From: a virus
IMG/VR virus record: IMGVR_UViG_3300047472_000155
Coordinates: 102,839-166,838 of that record
Length of the DNA stretch: 64,000 bases
Direction: 5' to 3' (one strand)
This document shows, piece after piece, positions 39,156-48,214 of the stretch. The notes beneath the pieces are model-generated. The model was given only the letters and a program-made list of their open reading frames with translations. It did not search any database and had not been told where the DNA came from. The number at the start of each line of letters is the position of its first letter. Positions within the stretch are counted from its first letter, which is position 1. Made by a program: the position numbers and the translations under genes.

Positions 39156-40571
39156 ATGTTACAAGATATTTTCAAGAACCCAGCAACAATGACGGATTGT
39201 TACAACCTTTCCCATCCAGACTTTAAAGAGAGTATTGATTGGGAGATTTCACATATGTACAATCGTGACGATTCACAAGGCTATGGCGGCATGTATCTTT
39301 ATGGGTTTTCCGAAATTGTTAATCGAATTCTATCCATTAAAATTGAAAAATGGATGATTGATGAGGCACAAGACAATGCAGAAGATATGGGACTTTGGTT
39401 CCCATATGATATGTGGATGCGTGTCATTGATGAATGTAATGGATATATCCCACTTCATGTTGAAAGTGTACCAGAAGGTACTTGGTGTCCAAATGGAACG
39501 CCGTTTGCTCAAGTGTCAAATACCAAAGAAGGATTCGGAGATTTTGTAACATGGTATGAAGGAATCTTTATGATGGCTTATTTCCCATCAGCATGTCTTA
39601 CAGAAGCTATGAAAATGCGTGAATACATTGTTTATCGCAAAGAACAATTCGGTTATGACGATTCCTTTATGTGGAGATTCCATGATTTCGGATTTCGCTC
39701 TCATCGTTCTCCAGAAGATTCCTATTGGGCTTCTACCGCATGGAATATGGCATTGTGTGGCACGGATACATTTCACAGCAAGAAACACACTCCAAAAGCT
39801 AAAATTGGCAGTATTCCAGCACAAGCTCACAAGGTAACTCAACAATTTGATAGAGAATTTGATAGCTTTAAACGTGCTATCGACAAGACTCATGCAAATG
39901 GTAAAAAAGTTGTATCTCTCTTGATTGATACGTATGATTCGAATCGCTTTATCAAAGAATATTTGCTGCCACTTGCTATTTATGCGTTTGATAAAGGAAT
40001 CGACATTAGCTGTCGTCCAGATAGTGGAGATACTTGGAAACAAGCTCTTGAAATTTACAAAATTGTTCAAAAGAACAATTTGAAAAACGTATCCGTTCTG
40101 ATTGGTGAAAGCATGAGCTTTCAAAACGCAAAGAAATGTGACGAATACATGCTTCAAAATGGTGTTCCACTTAATTTTATTCTTTATGGGATTGGTGGAG
40201 GATTTCACAAACACATCGAACGTGATACACATGGTTGGGCTATGAAAACAGCTTTTTCCAATGGAAAGCCGCGCATGAAATTCTCTATGGTTCAACTCAA
40301 GCGAAGCGTTCCAGGTGAGGTTGCTCTTATTAAAAAAGGAGACGATTTATTCGTAACACCAGATTCACATGAGCTTTATAATGATGATGTATTTAGAACA
40401 ATTTATTATTTTAATCCTTCGGAACTTGATACGCCATTTATTAAGATTGCTGATTGGGAAGAAACACAGCAACGTGCAATCAAACAAAATGCATCTCAAA
40501 CACGTATCTATCTTTCTTCGGAAATTGTTAAAATGATAAACGAATTTGAAAAGACATATAGGGGGCAATAA
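39156..40571 (+). CDS. nadV: Nicotinamide phosphoribosyltransferase (NAMPT/NadV-like)
   Basis: TDCY..SH, VPEGT, HDFGFR, GTDT, SIPA.AH, IDTYD, RPDSGD, YGIGGG, RDT..WAMK. Confidence 0.85.
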   Translation: MLQDIFKNPATMTDCYNLSHPDFKESIDWEISHMYNRDDSQGYGGMYLYGFSEIVNRILSIKIEKWMIDEAQDNAEDMGLWFPYDMWMRVIDECNGYIPLHVESVPEGTWCPNGTPFAQVSNTKEGFGDFVTWYEGIFMMAYFPSACLTEAMKMREYIVYRKEQFGYDDSFMWRFHDFGFRSHRSPEDSYWASTAWNMALCGTDTFHSKKHTPKAKIGSIPAQAHKVTQQFDREFDSFKRAIDKTHANGKKVVSLLIDTYDSNRFIKEYLLPLAIYAFDKGIDISCRPDSGDTWKQALEIYKIVQKNNLKNVSVLIGESMSFQNAKKCDEYMLQNGVPLNFILYGIGGGFHKHIERDTHGWAMKTAFSNGKPRMKFSMVQLKRSVPGEVALIKKGDDLFVTPDSHELYNDDVFRTIYYFNPSELDTPFIKIADWEETQQRAIKQNASQTRIYLSSEIVKMINEFEKTYRGQ

Positions 40572-40573
40572 AA

Positions 40574-41272
40574 ATGAATGGTTCAATTATAAAGAATCCA
40601 TACGCTTCTGACGGACCATATGGATATGATGGAACTGGAATAGATGTATCAAGAGGCAAGCCATTTCAAACACCGCAATCGTTCTCTTCTACCCAATCAA
40701 AGCCTTTCAAGCTTGGATTTATGCTTGGTAGATTCCAACATGTTCACATTGGACATGAGATGCTTATTCGCAAAGCATCTAGCGTTTGCGACACGCTTAT
40801 TGTTCTTGTTGGATCTGCTCAAGCAAAGGACACACTAAGAAACCCATTCGATATTGCTACAAGACTTGATCTAATTGGTCAAATCTTTGTCAATGATAGA
40901 AATATCATTGTATCATCTATTGATGATTTAACCCATGAAGATGATCATAGTCAAGAATGGTCAATCTTCTTATTAAACAGATTGATGGAGGTTCTTGATA
41001 AAAATAACATCAAACAAAATCCAGATTTATTTATCTATGGAGATGATGAAGAGAGAGCTTCTTGGTTTAAAGATGAAAATAATTTCTCGAAACTTATTAT
41101 TACAAGAGATGCCATTGACATCAGCGCAACCAAGCTTAGAGAGTACATTGTGAAAAATAATCGTTTCAAATGGAGACAATATGTCAACCCCATTCTTTAC
41201 GATGAGTTTGATTTACTGAGAGATAGATTACTTGATATTGAAGAATATAAGGAGATGGAAAAAAATGACTAA
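40574..41272 (+). CDS. NMN adenylyltransferase (NadM-like)
   Basis: GRFQHVHIGH, VGSAQ...RNPF...R, ISATKLR. Confidence 0.88.
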   Translation: MNGSIIKNPYASDGPYGYDGTGIDVSRGKPFQTPQSFSSTQSKPFKLGFMLGRFQHVHIGHEMLIRKASSVCDTLIVLVGSAQAKDTLRNPFDIATRLDLIGQIFVNDRNIIVSSIDDLTHEDDHSQEWSIFLLNRLMEVLDKNNIKQNPDLFIYGDDEERASWFKDENNFSKLIITRDAIDISATKLREYIVKNNRFKWRQYVNPILYDEFDLLRDRLLDIEEYKEMEKND

Positions 41273-41825
41273 TATTGTTGATAAAGACGTTAAATTCAAT
41301 GGACGAATTTTTAAGGTTGAACAACGAAAGATTGTCCATGAAGGAGAAACTATTTATCGTGACGTTGTTACAAAGAATGACGTTGTAGTTTGTTTGGTGC
41401 ATAACGTAGACAATGATACAGTAGTTCTAACTTCGGAATACAGAGCAGGAACAAATCAAATTGAAGTTGGCTTTGTTGCGGGAATTGTTGACGATGGAGA
41501 GTATTCAACTGTAGCTGCGATCAGAGAGGTTCAAGAAGAAACTGGTTATGAAGTAGATAATATTTATCATCTTGGAACAACCAATTCTTCTGCTGGATTT
41601 ACTAATGAAAAAGTTCATCATTTTATTGCATATGTTCATGGTAAACCAGGAAATCAAGATTTAGATGAAGATGAGAAAATTAATGTAATTGAAGTTCCAT
41701 CTTATGATCTTGAGGACATGATTGTTGATGGAAGAATTAAGGGAAATCATGCACATGCCACTCTTCTAAGAGCAATTCTTTATGGTGTAAAGTTGAATAG
41801 AGAGTGTGATGATCAAAGTGAATAA
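41265..41825 (+). CDS. Nudix hydrolase, ADP-ribose pyrophosphatase (NudF-like)
   Basis: Nudix box GIVDDGEYSTVAAIREVQEETGY; SAGFTNE; LDEDE. Confidence 0.88.
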   Translation: MTNIVDKDVKFNGRIFKVEQRKIVHEGETIYRDVVTKNDVVVCLVHNVDNDTVVLTSEYRAGTNQIEVGFVAGIVDDGEYSTVAAIREVQEETGYEVDNIYHLGTTNSSAGFTNEKVHHFIAYVHGKPGNQDLDEDEKINVIEVPSYDLEDMIVDGRIKGNHAHATLLRAILYGVKLNRECDDQSE

Positions 41826-42120
41826 TGTTAAGGATAATGCGAAAAGAATTTCTCGTTTTAATCTTAATAAAATCAATGATATGTCACACTGGGTTTTGCG
41901 GTTTGATAATGATCCTTTATATATAAATAGGGTTAAGGCTCAAACGTGTAAATATTGTTATTACAAGCCTTCAGTAGTATCTTTACAAGCATTTACGGAA
42001 TTTAAATGTATTGTATGCAATGAAACGTTTATGCATCACAATTCCGATGTTGATCATGTATGTAAATCATGTGCAACAGAGCACGAATTGTGCGTACATT
42101 GTGGAGGTGAAATAAATTAA
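41806..42120 (+). CDS. Multi-CxxC zinc-binding protein
   Basis: Four CxxC pairs. Confidence 0.7.
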   Translation: MMIKVNNVKDNAKRISRFNLNKINDMSHWVLRFDNDPLYINRVKAQTCKYCYYKPSVVSLQAFTEFKCIVCNETFMHHNSDVDHVCKSCATEHELCVHCGGEIN

Positions 42121-42142
42121 TATTGACGAACAAGTAATTAGC

Positions 42143-42355
42143 TTGCAACAACAAGTGTTTGATCAGCAAGGTTTGAGGAGCAGTGTACACATTAAAGAAG
42201 GAGTGGGAATATTAATTACACAAGAGAATATGCCTTTAATTCCTCAAAATGTAATTCTAGCTATTCCGTGGCACTTTCTTATGTTCGGAAATCTCACTAT
42301 AAATGTTCAAGAAAATATTGAAGAAGAATATGAAGAATATGAATGGGAGGGTTAA
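42143..42355 (+). CDS. Hypothetical protein
   Basis: ORF; start uncertain. Confidence 0.45.
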   Translation: MQQQVFDQQGLRSSVHIKEGVGILITQENMPLIPQNVILAIPWHFLMFGNLTINVQENIEEEYEEYEWEG

Positions 42356-42357
42356 TT

Positions 42358-42666
42358 ATGAAGGAATCATGGATTTATACAACACTTGCTGCATTGCCTT
42401 GGTGGGCAACTATTTTATGGATTGCTTACCTTGTTTATTTCCTTTATCGTGCATATGAGATTTGGGAAATCACGGATAAATATGGAATTATCAAGGGGTA
42501 TAAAATTGTATTCCTTGGACACAATGGACGAACGCTAAGACTATATCATCTTCTGCGTATGATTATTGATATTCCTTCAGCAATTCTTGGATTGTTCTTC
42601 CCATTATTGCGAAAAATATTTTCCTTGAAGCTTTATGAATTCAAAGAGAAGAAAGGAGAAAAATAA
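42358..42666 (+). CDS. Membrane protein
   Basis: GGGAGG RBS; hydrophobic segments. Confidence 0.7.
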   Translation: MKESWIYTTLAALPWWATILWIAYLVYFLYRAYEIWEITDKYGIIKGYKIVFLGHNGRTLRLYHLLRMIIDIPSAILGLFFPLLRKIFSLKLYEFKEKKGEK

Positions 42667-42857
42667 TGTGGAATTGGTTGCATAATTTAAACTTATTTGT
42701 TAAGTTACTAATTTTTGTTTTAGCTGTAGTTGTTGCATGTTTCATTATTGTGTTCTTGATAAAAGTGCTGATAAAGGTCTTCATTATTATTCTAGCAATT
42801 GTAATCCTGTCGATTGTTGGATGGTTACTTTATCAAATATTAACCGATGACAAATAG
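42666..42857 (+). CDS. Small two-TM membrane protein
   Basis: AAGGAG RBS; highly hydrophobic. Confidence 0.7.
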   Translation: MWNWLHNLNLFVKLLIFVLAVVVACFIIVFLIKVLIKVFIIILAIVILSIVGWLLYQILTDDK

Positions 42858-42872
42858 AAGATAAAATAACTA

Positions 42873-42915
42873 TTGACAAATGTTAGGTGTTCTGATATAA
42901 TATCAGTACACCTAA
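42873..42915 (+). promoter_or_regulatory. dnaE promoter embedded in an inverted repeat
   Basis: TTGACA 42873, TATAAT 42896; TTAGGTGT.CTGATA/TATCAG.ACACCTAA overlaps it. Confidence 0.75.
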
Positions 42916-43008
42916 TTTTGTTTAAAGGAGATGTCAACTTGAAAGCTTTAAATTCTCAATGAGAATTTGATAGCCAAGAGACAAATATAAGATAAAGGAA
43001 GTGCTTTA

Positions 43009-46000
43009 ATGTGTCAACAATGTAATGAAAGTAATGTCGTCACTCATCCAAAGCTAAAAGTAATACAAGAGGATAGATTTATTAATCTACACCTTCACAC
43101 GGCTTATAGCTTGCTTGACGGAATGAGTAAGATCAAAGATGTTGTAGCAAAGGTTAAGTCATTAGGTCAAAAGGGATTTGCAATCACGGAACATGGTAAT
43201 GTGCATAGTTCGGTTAAATTGTACAAAGAGGCAAAGAATGAAGGAATTAAGTTTATCTATGGAGTAGAATTTTATATTACAGATGATAGATTTGCAAAAG
43301 ACAAAGACAAGAAATATTTCCATCTTACCGTTTTAGCAAAGAATGAACAAGGAAGACAAAACATCAATAAACTTGTAACTCTAGCGAACATCGAAGGATT
43401 TTATTTTAAACCTAGAATTGATTTTAAGCTACTTGAACAACACAAAGATGGCTTAATTGTTATGAGTGGATGTATGGCATCTGAAATGCAACAAGCACTT
43501 GCAGGAGGAAAGATTGGCAATGGTGACATTGAAATTACGTCAAGCAATATTGAGAATGCAAAAAATATAGCAAAACGTTACCATGATGTATTTGGTGAAG
43601 ACTATTATCTTGAAGTTCAATCACATAGAGATAGTAGACAGCAACAATTAAATCGTGCAATTGTTAATATTGGCAAAGATATGAATATTCAATTTGTTGC
43701 AACCGCAGACTCTCATTTTGTTAACGAGGAAGATTTGGAGTTGCACAAGATTTTTATTGCTATTGCACGTAACAAAGATGAATATGAGGAAGATGAAACT
43801 TATGCAGATACACAAATACAAAGTGAAAGAGATGCATGGATTAGACTTACCTCACTAACGGAGGAAGAAAGAGATGTGGCAATTCGGAATACTAGAATTA
43901 TTCTTGACAAATGCAATTCACCTTTACCATTGTCAGCGGCACTAATCCCACATGTTAAAGTACCTATGCAATTTGATTCACAAGAGGCTTTCTTGAAAGA
44001 TTTGTGCAACAAGGGATGGATGATGCGTAAGATTAATCGTAAAGATAAAAGATTGGTTAAAAAATACAGAGAACGTTTGATGTATGAATTTAATGCCATC
44101 ATTGAAATGGGATTCGAAGGATATTACTTATTGGTATATGGATATGCCAATAGTGTTGTACGTAGAGGTATTGCACGTGGTAGTGGTGGAGGTAGTCTAG
44201 TTGCCTACTTGCTCAACATCGTTGACATTGATCCTATCGAACATGGATTATACTTTGAACGTTTTATTGACGTTGCACAACTTGACTTGTTACGTGATGG
44301 AGTAATTACACGCGAAGAGTTAAAGATTCCAGACTTTGATTTAGACTTTGGAACAAAAGAACGTGATTTAGTAGTTGAAAACATTGTGAGTGAACATGGA
44401 CAAGAGTATGTAGCCGCACTTGGTCAATTTGGATATATTTGGTCAAAAAGTGCAATCAAAGATGTCGGTCGAGTTATGGGTATTGATTTTGAAATAACTA
44501 ATGCAATCACTAAGGCATTAGATGATGACACAATTGATGGAGCTATCATTAGTAATAATCATGAAATTATAGCTTATGAAAAGAAATATCCTAAGTTGTT
44601 TGAATATGCAAGAAAGCTTGAAGGGCTACCACGATCTTATGGTATGCATCCATGTGGAAAAGTAATTACAATTGACAAGGCAGTTTATTATACCGCATTA
44701 ACACAAGACAAGAAGAACGGCGAAATGGTTCTTCAACTTGACATGAAGGACGCAGAAGCACTTGGATTGGTTAAGGTTGACTTATTGGGACTAAGAACGG
44801 TGGATGTTATTTATGATTGTCTTGACATGATTGGGAAAGATACGGAATACATTCGAGACCTTGACTACAAGAGCTTAGATGTTCTTGGTGTATTTAAGGG
44901 CGGATATACAGATGGCATCTTCCAGTTTGAATCAGATGGAATGAAGAATACCATGAAAAAGATGAAACCTACAGGCATTGATGATTTGTCAGTAGTTAAT
45001 GCTTTATATCGTCCAGGTAGTATGAAGTATATTGACAATTATATAAATCGTATGCATGGACTTGAGAAGTTTGAGTATTTAAACAAAGACCTCGAAGAAG
45101 TGTTAAGAATTACGTATGGTATTATTGTATTCCAAGAGCAATTAATTGAGATTGGAAGATTGGCACATATGAGAAATCCTGATCTTTTGCGTCAAGCTAC
45201 AGGTAAAAAAGATATTAAGAAGCTAAAACAAGCAGAACCAGAATTGCGCGAAGGGTTGTATGCACGTGGATGGTCGAAAGAACAAGTTGACCAACTGTGG
45301 GCGGATATGCTTGAGTTCGCCAAATATTCTTTCAACAAAGCTCATTCACAAGCGTATGCCATCATAGCTTTCATTTGCGCATTCCTCAAAAAGAATCATC
45401 CACTTGAATTCATGTGTGCATGGTTGAATTCACTCGAAGGCAAGGAGAGTGAAAAATTCGAAATAGCATATAAGGAAGCAGTACGACTAGGTATTAAATT
45501 TAACACTCCATCGTTTAGAAACACTACTCCATTGTGTGTAGTTGAGAATGGTGGAATCACTTACGGTCTTTCTCTCATTAAACATTGCAACAGACAAATT
45601 GGAGAAGAGGTGAGAACTCTTGATAAAGATTACAAGTACTTTGTTGACTTACTTGTAGACCTAAAAGAAACTACTATTGTTAATAGCAAACAACTTGATA
45701 TCTTGATTCGTCTTGGATACTTTAATGAATTTGGCAAACCGGAAAAGTTGATAGACATTGTTGATGAGTTCGTTGAGGGCAAGGTAAGATATGACAAGAA
45801 ACACAAACCAGCAACAAAAGTAAAACGAATTGAAGGATTGCACTTATTTGAATCCAACATGGAAGAAGTTGCACCATACTCTCCAATGGATACAATTATG
45901 TTTGAGAGAGAACATTACGGATTTATTCTATCCAAGTTTCCTGAGATGAAAGGTCGAATTGTAGGCGTATTGAACATTGACATGAAATACACTCCAAAAT

Positions 46001-46224
46001 TTGACTGTTACGTATTTAAGTCAGGCGAAATATTCCAATTCAAAGTTAAGAAAGACAAGTTCTTTGGAAGAAAGGACATTGAAGCATTTGAAGTTGGAGA
46101 TATGATTAAAATATTGGCTATCTCTGAAAGAGAGAAGAATAAAAAGGTGGATGATAAATGGGTTAAAACGGGAGAGATAGAATATTACTTGGAAAAATGT
46201 TCAAGATATCGCTTGACAAATTAA
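43009..46224 (+). CDS. dnaE: DNA polymerase III alpha subunit (family C; SPbeta YorL-like)
   Basis: PHP domain HLHTAYSLLDG, ARGSGGGSLV, IPDFDLDF, GMHPCG, KVDLLGL, KYSFNKAHS. Confidence 0.96.
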   Translation: MCQQCNESNVVTHPKLKVIQEDRFINLHLHTAYSLLDGMSKIKDVVAKVKSLGQKGFAITEHGNVHSSVKLYKEAKNEGIKFIYGVEFYITDDRFAKDKDKKYFHLTVLAKNEQGRQNINKLVTLANIEGFYFKPRIDFKLLEQHKDGLIVMSGCMASEMQQALAGGKIGNGDIEITSSNIENAKNIAKRYHDVFGEDYYLEVQSHRDSRQQQLNRAIVNIGKDMNIQFVATADSHFVNEEDLELHKIFIAIARNKDEYEEDETYADTQIQSERDAWIRLTSLTEEERDVAIRNTRIILDKCNSPLPLSAALIPHVKVPMQFDSQEAFLKDLCNKGWMMRKINRKDKRLVKKYRERLMYEFNAIIEMGFEGYYLLVYGYANSVVRRGIARGSGGGSLVAYLLNIVDIDPIEHGLYFERFIDVAQLDLLRDGVITREELKIPDFDLDFGTKERDLVVENIVSEHGQEYVAALGQFGYIWSKSAIKDVGRVMGIDFEITNAITKALDDDTIDGAIISNNHEIIAYEKKYPKLFEYARKLEGLPRSYGMHPCGKVITIDKAVYYTALTQDKKNGEMVLQLDMKDAEALGLVKVDLLGLRTVDVIYDCLDMIGKDTEYIRDLDYKSLDVLGVFKGGYTDGIFQFESDGMKNTMKKMKPTGIDDLSVVNALYRPGSMKYIDNYINRMHGLEKFEYLNKDLEEVLRITYGIIVFQEQLIEIGRLAHMRNPDLLRQATGKKDIKKLKQAEPELREGLYARGWSKEQVDQLWADMLEFAKYSFNKAHSQAYAIIAFICAFLKKNHPLEFMCAWLNSLEGKESEKFEIAYKEAVRLGIKFNTPSFRNTTPLCVVENGGITYGLSLIKHCNRQIGEEVRTLDKDYKYFVDLLVDLKETTIVNSKQLDILIRLGYFNEFGKPEKLIDIVDEFVEGKVRYDKKHKPATKVKRIEGLHLFESNMEEVAPYSPMDTIMFEREHYGFILSKFPEMKGRIVGVLNIDMKYTPKFDCYVFKSGEIFQFKVKKDKFFGRKDIEAFEVGDMIKILAISEREKNKKVDDKWVKTGEIEYYLEKCSRYRLTN

Positions 46225-46270
46225 CGAATGTAAGATAAAATGAAAAAAGAAACAACCACCGGGAGGCACT

Positions 46271-46552
46271 ATGAACAAAGAAGACGAAAAGGAATTGCTA
46301 CAATTTATAAGAGAACTTGCAGAAAATGATATAATTATTGGAACATTTCTAAAGATTGCGGAAGTAGATGCACGAATGGAAATGATTGGTGAACGTGTAA
46401 GCAAAGACTTTCTTGATGATACGATTATTGCAAATGGATTGAAATCTATGATTAAATCTATTATGTCGCTCCAATCAGAAAGAATTCAATTGTTGTATGA
46501 AGATTTGAAAGATGCACATTTAAAAACTCCAATTATTTTGAAGATGGACTAA
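46271..46552 (+). CDS. Hypothetical protein
   Basis: GGGAGG RBS. Confidence 0.7.
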   Translation: MNKEDEKELLQFIRELAENDIIIGTFLKIAEVDARMEMIGERVSKDFLDDTIIANGLKSMIKSIMSLQSERIQLLYEDLKDAHLKTPIILKMD

Positions 46553-46640
46553 CAAACTTATTGGGATTTGAGATGCTTACTTTAAGTAAGTTGCATTTTA
46601 AATCCCAATATCTTATTGACATTTGAGGGGTCGCTACTGG

Positions 46641-46664
46641 TAGATAAAATTTATATTTTATCTA
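46641..46664. repeat. Palindrome TAGATAAAA-N6-TTTTATCTA (copy 3)
   Basis: Spacer TTTATA. Confidence 0.9.
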
Positions 46665-46677
46665 TGTAAATTAAAAT

Positions 46678-47052
46678 TTGAGAGGATGGATTTATGTGCG
46701 GAGTAGCGATTGGTTAAATGAAATCATAAAGAAAAAAGAAAGAAGCGTAACTACATTGTTGATAATCGAAACTTTCAACAAAGACATGAAGGAAGTTGTG
46801 CTTAAATGGACTGAAAAAATTATGGCAAAAAACATCTTGGAACTTGATGAAACAAGATTGAAAATGGATTTTATGATCTTAAGAAGTAAACTTGATTTTA
46901 TATACAAACTCGACTTCCTTGATAATTTTGATTTACTTATGACAAAAATTGATACATTAGAAAATGATCTGATAAAACAATTCGAAAAAGCAGTTCGCAA
47001 TATTTTTGTTGACAAAGTTGTTGAAGCTCTTAAAAAACCACTTATTAAATGA
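46678..47052 (+). CDS. Hypothetical protein
   Basis: ORF; the true start may be GTG 46696. Confidence 0.6.
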   Translation: MRGWIYVRSSDWLNEIIKKKERSVTTLLIIETFNKDMKEVVLKWTEKIMAKNILELDETRLKMDFMILRSKLDFIYKLDFLDNFDLLMTKIDTLENDLIKQFEKAVRNIFVDKVVEALKKPLIK

Positions 47053-47061
47053 GGTGATCAT

Positions 47062-47277
47062 ATGAAATTCAAATACTACAACGACACAAACCGCATTGTT
47101 GGCATTCATCCAGCGACAATTCTTCATGGTATTCAAATGGATAAACAAGGTGACATTGCTCATGGTGAAATGAGAACTTTTATCCTCCCCGAAGGAACAT
47201 ATCCATGGGTAAAAATGTGGGATTATGGCGGTAAAAATGGTTTGCAAATTTTTGTATCATCTCAAGTAGATTATTAA
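47062..47277 (+). CDS. Small hypothetical protein
   Basis: GAGGTG RBS; IHPAT..HG...LPEGTYPWVKMWD. Confidence 0.75.
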   Translation: MKFKYYNDTNRIVGIHPATILHGIQMDKQGDIAHGEMRTFILPEGTYPWVKMWDYGGKNGLQIFVSSQVDY

Positions 47278-47279
47278 CA

Positions 47280-47828
47280 TTGACAAAAAAGAGATATGTA
47301 AAAATGGTAAAAATGTTCTTGATTAAATTTGAGGGTGAATCTTCTAACTACTTTAAACAAGGTGAAACGTATGTTGGAAGAACATGTAAACAAGGTGACA
47401 AATTTATCTTTAATGATAAAGGATATTGGTCACGCCTTTCAAGTAAAGTAGTATCTATGATTGATTTTGATTATCACTACTTCAAGCAATTCAAATATGA
47501 GAAAGTGTTCTATGTCAACAATCACAAAGAAGCATTATCGTATCCTCAAATCGCAAAAGTCAATTGGGGAGTTGATTTTAGAAGATTGCTTGATGGCGAA
47601 GAGTTTATATTTTTTCGTCAAGATTTAATGAATGAGGGCGTAGACCTCAACTATGACTGTCGTTTTTGTAATGATGGAAATGTAATTGCATCTTGGATTG
47701 ATCCTAAAACAAGCAAATTGATGAAATCTGATCTTTATAGTATTTTCGGTTATGGAGCAAGCAATAACTTTATTATTAATCGTATCAAAAAAGGATCATG
47801 GATTATCACACAAAAGGAGAATGTATAA
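47280..47828 (+). CDS. Hypothetical protein
   Basis: 182-aa ORF; start uncertain. Confidence 0.7.
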   Translation: MTKKRYVKMVKMFLIKFEGESSNYFKQGETYVGRTCKQGDKFIFNDKGYWSRLSSKVVSMIDFDYHYFKQFKYEKVFYVNNHKEALSYPQIAKVNWGVDFRRLLDGEEFIFFRQDLMNEGVDLNYDCRFCNDGNVIASWIDPKTSKLMKSDLYSIFGYGASNNFIINRIKKGSWIITQKENV

Positions 47829-48214
47829 TGAATATTGATCTTAATCTTAGATGGACTTATGGAAGTCCAAAGAATACACCAGAGGCATACAAAGAACATT
47901 TTGATTTGATTGAAATTGAAAGTCGTGGTGAAACTATAGGAATTGGATTAAGTGACATTGATACAATTGTTGCTAAACTTGTTGCTATGCAAGACGAATG
48001 GAATAAAAGACATTACATCACCGAACTTCCTGAAGAAAGATTTGAATTTATAGTAGGCAACAATAAAGATAAAAAATTTACAGCTAAAACAGATCAACGC
48101 AACGACATTGTCATTGTGTTATGGACTGATTTCAACGGAATTATTGATGCTACTATTTACGAAAAAACAGAAGTACTACATCTTATTAACTCAAAGTCTT
48201 GGGTTGTTGTGTAA
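47828..48214 (+). CDS. Hypothetical protein
   Basis: AAGGAG RBS before ATG 47828. Confidence 0.7.
   Translation: MNIDLNLRWTYGSPKNTPEAYKEHFDLIEIESRGETIGIGLSDIDTIVAKLVAMQDEWNKRHYITELPEERFEFIVGNNKDKKFTAKTDQRNDIVIVLWTDFNGIIDATIYEKTEVLHLINSKSWVVV

Noticed and set aside
39588-40295. 235-aa minus-strand ORF
   Set aside because: Lies wholly antisense within the NAMPT gene
25191-46224. Group I introns or inteins in nrdE, nrdF, thyA or dnaE
   Set aside because: All four are continuous ORFs of normal length without splicing motifs
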